From: Candidatus Latescibacterota bacterium | Lineage (GTDB): Bacteria; Latescibacterota; UBA2968; UBA8231 | Direction of reading: 5' to 3' | DNA length: 64,000 bases | Assembly (NCBI GenBank): GCA_965261395.1 | Contig: OZ253462.1 | Span: 5,344,001-5,408,000, forward strand | Part shown: positions 60,512 to 64,000 of the stretch, in pieces | How the letters are laid out: each line of letters starts with the position of its first letter | How positions within the stretch are numbered: position 1 is the first letter of the stretch | Translations under genes and position numbers: made by a program | Notes under the pieces: generated by a model | Database searches by the model: none | What the model saw: the letters and a program-made list of their open reading frames with translations, nothing else | What the model was told of the DNA's origin: nothing

Positions 60512-62128
60512 ATGATCGAAGGACACCAAGTACTAGCCGACGGCGGCGCGGTGGCCGCCCAGCAACCAGCCGCGGCGCGCATTGGCGCGCAGATATTGTC
60601 CCAAGGCGGCAACGCCATGGATGCGGCCGCGGCCACCAGCCTGGCCTGCTGCATGTTGGCACCCCAATCCAACGGCATCGGCGGCTATATGTCGGCCGCG
60701 GTTGTTTTGGAAGGTTCCACCGGCCGCGTCTGGTCGCTCGACGCCAATGCCGTAGCTCCAGCCACTGCCCACGAGTACATGTACGATATTCTACCAGCCC
60801 GCCGCGACAATAAGGACCTCAACGAAAAGGAATACGCCTGTAGCGTGCGCGACGATGCCAACGTGTACGGCCCCCAGTCCGTAGCCGTCCCCGGCCAAAT
60901 GGCTGGCATGGGCTTTTTGCACGAGCGCTGGGGGCAGTTGCCTTGGGCCGCGATTGTCGCTCCGGCCCAAGGGCTGCTCGCCGACGGCTTCCCCTACGGC
61001 CCGGCCCTAGCCAGTACCATTCGCAGCCAAGCAGCCATTCTGCGCCGCTTCCCCGCGACGTTTAGCCACCTCGCGCCGCAAGGCGAGTTGCCCAGCCCCG
61101 ACGACATTTGGCATCGCCCCGATATGGAGCGCACCCTAGCGCGTTTGGCCCGAGCCGGCTGGCGCGACTTTTACCACGGCGAATTGGGCCGCACCATCGG
61201 CGATTATGTCCAAGCCAGCGGCGGTGCTCTCACTCGCGAGGATATGGCCGCTTTTGCGCCGCGCCTGACCGAGCCGTACCAAATCACCTACCGCGACGTG
61301 CCAGTGTACGGGCCGATTTTGCCCAACGGCTGCCTCTCCGCCCTCCAGATTCTGCACATGCTGGAATGCTTGCCCGTGGTGCCCGACGACCAAGCCCTGT
61401 ACTGGCACCAGCTAGCCGAAGTCGTCAAACAAGCCTGGCGCGACCGCCTGCGCTACGTCGGCGACCCCGATTTTGTCGATGTGCCGGTGGAGCGCTTGCT
61501 GAGCAAGGACTATGCGGCCGGTCGCGTCGAGGCCCTGCGGCAATTCCCCGAGCGGGTTGATCAGCAAGTGTACGAAGCCTCGGGTCCGGCCGTGGCCGAA
61601 ACTTTGCACGTATCGGCTGCGGACGCCGAGGGCAATCTCGTCGGCATTACCATCACCCAAGGCGGGGCCTTTGGCTCTTGTCTCACCGTGCCGGGCACGG
61701 GCATCATTCTGGGCCACGGCATGTGCCGTTTGGACCCCCGCCCCGGCCGGGCCAATTCCGTGGCCGCGCACAAGCGTCCGCTCAACAACGTAGTCCCCAT
61801 GATTTTGCGCCTGCCCCAACGCGACGTGGCCATCGGTCTGCCCGGCGGTCGCCGCATCATCAGCGTCGGTGCCCAACTGGGACAGCGCATTATCGACTTC
61901 AACGCCACCGCCTTGGGAGCGGCCACAGCCCCCCGACTCAACGCCGAAGCGCAGGAGCCTCTCGAACTAAAGCGCGGCATCGACCCGGCGATTGTGCAAG
62001 CCCTGAAAGAAATGGGCCACCGGGTGCTGGTACGAGAAGCGGTGGCCGGAGGGGCGCACGGAGCCGAAGTACTCAAAAGCGAGGGCAAAGTGCGCGCCGG
62101 GGGCAATGGTTGGGCCGCGGGCGTATAG
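60512..62128 (+). CDS. Gamma-glutamyltransferase family protein
   Basis: GGNAMDAA, GIGG, DRLRYVGDP, ETLHVSAAD, PGGRRI. Confidence 0.9.
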   Translation: MIEGHQVLADGGAVAAQQPAAARIGAQILSQGGNAMDAAAATSLACCMLAPQSNGIGGYMSAAVVLEGSTGRVWSLDANAVAPATAHEYMYDILPARRDNKDLNEKEYACSVRDDANVYGPQSVAVPGQMAGMGFLHERWGQLPWAAIVAPAQGLLADGFPYGPALASTIRSQAAILRRFPATFSHLAPQGELPSPDDIWHRPDMERTLARLARAGWRDFYHGELGRTIGDYVQASGGALTREDMAAFAPRLTEPYQITYRDVPVYGPILPNGCLSALQILHMLECLPVVPDDQALYWHQLAEVVKQAWRDRLRYVGDPDFVDVPVERLLSKDYAAGRVEALRQFPERVDQQVYEASGPAVAETLHVSAADAEGNLVGITITQGGAFGSCLTVPGTGIILGHGMCRLDPRPGRANSVAAHKRPLNNVVPMILRLPQRDVAIGLPGGRRIISVGAQLGQRIIDFNATALGAATAPRLNAEAQEPLELKRGIDPAIVQALKEMGHRVLVREAVAGGAHGAEVLKSEGKVRAGGNGWAAGV

Positions 62129-62136
62129 ACCTTCTT

Positions 62137-62188
62137 AGGGTGATTATCACCCTTGACGTGGGTGATAATCACCCATACCATGGGTATA
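62137..62188 (+). promoter_or_regulatory. Sigma70 promoter with two 17-bp palindromic operators
   Basis: AGGGTGATTATCACCCT (62137-62153), TTGACG (62153-62158), TGGGTGATAATCACCCA as the 17-bp spacer, TACCAT (62176-62181), then 6 nt to the ATG. Confidence 0.8.
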
Positions 62189-63417
62189 TGAACACGAATC
62201 GACTGCTGCCTCGATTTGCTTCCGCGAGCGTGGAGCGGGCGCTGAGGGTTATGCCCGTGACTGTTCTCACTGGCGCACGACAGACCGGCAAGAGCACTCT
62301 CGCCCGGATGCATCCCATTGGGGCAGATCGATCTTACTTCACCCTAGACGATTACGGCGTCCTCGAGCAAGCCCAACGCGAACCGGATGCTCTTGCTGCT
62401 CGGGCCGTGCAGATCACGCTTGATGAGGTGCAGCGGGTGCCGCATGTGCTGCTCGCCATCAAGCGCCTCGTTGACGAAGATCGAGTTGCCGGTCGTTTCC
62501 TCCTGACTGGGTCGGCGAATCTGCTGCTTATGAAGGAAGTGGGAGAAACGCTGGCTGGTCGTGCTAGCTACTTGACGCTCTGGCCCATGACCCGTCGCGA
62601 GCAACGCGGATTGGCTAGGCCTGGTCTGTGGACAGAACTTGTAGATGCGCCTCCTACTGCATGGCGGGATGTGCTGCTCGCGGAACCAGCCGAAGCAGAG
62701 CCGTGGATGGCCCTTGCTCGACGCGGAGGTTATCCCGTCCCGGCCCATGAGTTGATGGACGATGACGACCGGCGGCTCTGGTTCGAAGGCTACGCAGCTA
62801 CCTACTTGGAGCGGGATATCCCGCGTCTATCTGCCATTGAGGGCATCACTGATCTGCGGAGATTGATAACGGCAGCCTGTCTGCGCGTTGGAGGGCTATT
62901 AAATCAATCAGACCTAGCCCGGGATGTACATCTTGCCCCCTCCACAGTGCAGCGGTATCTCAACTTGCTAGAAGTGTCATTCCAGCTCGTGCGACTGCCA
63001 TCCTATTCTGTCAACAGGACGAAACGGCTGGTCAAGTCATCCAAACTCTACTGGAGCGATACCGGGTTGGCTTTGCACTTAGCGGGCGAGGCGCATCCTC
63101 GCGGCGCGCACCTAGAGAACATAGTGCTCTGCGATCTGCTCGCTTGGGCGGGTACTCGCATCGAAAGAACGGAGATTCTCTTTTGGCGGACTACAAAGGG
63201 TGCCAAGGTCGATTTCGTCATTGAAACGGGCCGGCGTCTGCTGCCCGTGGAAGTGAAGGCCGCCGCGAGCGTTCATCCCGGGGATGTGCGACATCTGCAT
63301 ACGTTCCTAGATGAGTACTCCGATATGGCGCAGCGTGGAATCGTTCTCTACGATGGCGAAGAGACATTCTGGCTCACCGACCGCGTACTCGCCGCACCGT
63401 GGTGGCGCGTCATTTGA
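62188..63417 (+). CDS. AAA_14 ATPase with wHTH and DUF4143 nuclease-like domain
   Basis: GARQTGKS, LDEVQR, LLTGSA, GGYP, KLYWSDTG, VDFV..PVEVK. Confidence 0.9.
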   Translation: MNTNRLLPRFASASVERALRVMPVTVLTGARQTGKSTLARMHPIGADRSYFTLDDYGVLEQAQREPDALAARAVQITLDEVQRVPHVLLAIKRLVDEDRVAGRFLLTGSANLLLMKEVGETLAGRASYLTLWPMTRREQRGLARPGLWTELVDAPPTAWRDVLLAEPAEAEPWMALARRGGYPVPAHELMDDDDRRLWFEGYAATYLERDIPRLSAIEGITDLRRLITAACLRVGGLLNQSDLARDVHLAPSTVQRYLNLLEVSFQLVRLPSYSVNRTKRLVKSSKLYWSDTGLALHLAGEAHPRGAHLENIVLCDLLAWAGTRIERTEILFWRTTKGAKVDFVIETGRRLLPVEVKAAASVHPGDVRHLHTFLDEYSDMAQRGIVLYDGEETFWLTDRVLAAPWWRVI

Positions 63418-63448
63418 AGCTACTACCTAAATACAACGAAGAACAAAA

Positions 63449-64000
63449 ATGAAAATTACTGACTTGCAGGTAATGCGGATGGGATCGGAAGGTGGGAATA
63501 ATTGGACGTTTGTGAAAATTGAGACAGACGCCGGTATTCACGGGCTAGGCGAAGCCAGTTTGCAGTTTAAAGACGACGGATTGATGGGCGAGTTTGCGGC
63601 GTTTAAGCGCTTTCTGCTAGGCAAAAATCCGTTTGAGATCGAGCGGATCTGGACTTCGCTGTATCGTCGGGTGACGTGGTCGGGTGGCCCGGTGACGACG
63701 AGTGCGATCAGTGCAATTGATCTGGCGTTATGGGACATTAAAGGCAAAGCACTGGGCGTCCCCGTATATGAATTGTTAGGTGGAAAATCGCACGATAAAA
63801 TTCGCATGTACGCCAATGGCTGGCCGCGAAAGGACAACACACCTGAAGGGATTGCCGAGGGCGTAAAACGAGTAGTAGATCAAGGCTATGAGGCGTTGAA
63901 GTTCTACCCCTTTAACGGCGTACAGGTGGCAAAGATTGATCGGATTCAGCACGGCGTCGCCTTGGTGGAAGCGGCGCGCGAAGCGGCGGGGTCGCAAATT
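63449..64000 (+). CDS. Galactonate dehydratase-like enolase-superfamily enzyme (3' end outside window)
   Basis: Translated by hand: MKITDLQ..VKIETDAGIHGLGE..SAIDLALWDIKGKALGVPVYELLGG..YANGW. Confidence 0.88.
   Translation, partial: MKITDLQVMRMGSEGGNNWTFVKIETDAGIHGLGEASLQFKDDGLMGEFAAFKRFLLGKNPFEIERIWTSLYRRVTWSGGPVTTSAISAIDLALWDIKGKALGVPVYELLGGKSHDKIRMYANGWPRKDNTPEGIAEGVKRVVDQGYEALKFYPFNGVQVAKIDRIQHGVALVEAAREAAGSQI

Noticed and set aside
61678-62187. N-terminal extensions of track ORFs (also 24099-24290, 50471-50839, 55492-55977)
   Set aside because: They overlap upstream genes; RBS, promoter or signal peptide supports the shorter starts.
1-64000. CRISPR arrays, tRNA, rRNA
   Set aside because: No regularly spaced repeats or recognisable RNA genes by eye; tRNAscan and Infernal were not run.

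Overview
GC-rich bacterial chromosomal window with no rRNA, tRNA or CRISPR detected. The gene content (large secreted proteins with FlgD-Ig/T9SS-like C-termini, DUF6785-type membrane proteins, CotH, enolase-superfamily enzymes) suggests a Latescibacterota/FCB-type organism, possibly host-associated; this is inference. The backbone is catabolic: CocE hydrolase, oxidoreductases, sialidase, four enolase-superfamily enzymes, RraA-type aldolase, two GGTs and two sugar ABC operons. It is interrupted by accessory DNA: HigBA and DUF433 TA genes, Uma2 and AAA-nuclease genes, and broken defence genes (two GmrSD-like, one OLD-like, one hsdS stub). Two of these are split by complete IS elements (ISKra4-like with an 8-bp TSD; IS903-like with a 9-bp TSD). 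Main observations: (1) three integrase-free cassettes are each bounded by a diverged second copy of a neighbouring gene's terminus, with only synonymous coding substitutions; (2) a selenocysteine (UxxC) peroxiredoxin-like lipoprotein with a SECIS-like hairpin, which the ORF track splits in two; (3) four paralogous secreted discoidin-like/FlgD-Ig proteins with CxxC loops at differing positions; (4) predicted leaderless promoters with palindromic operators; (5) apparent CCWGG depletion in host genes but not in the IS.
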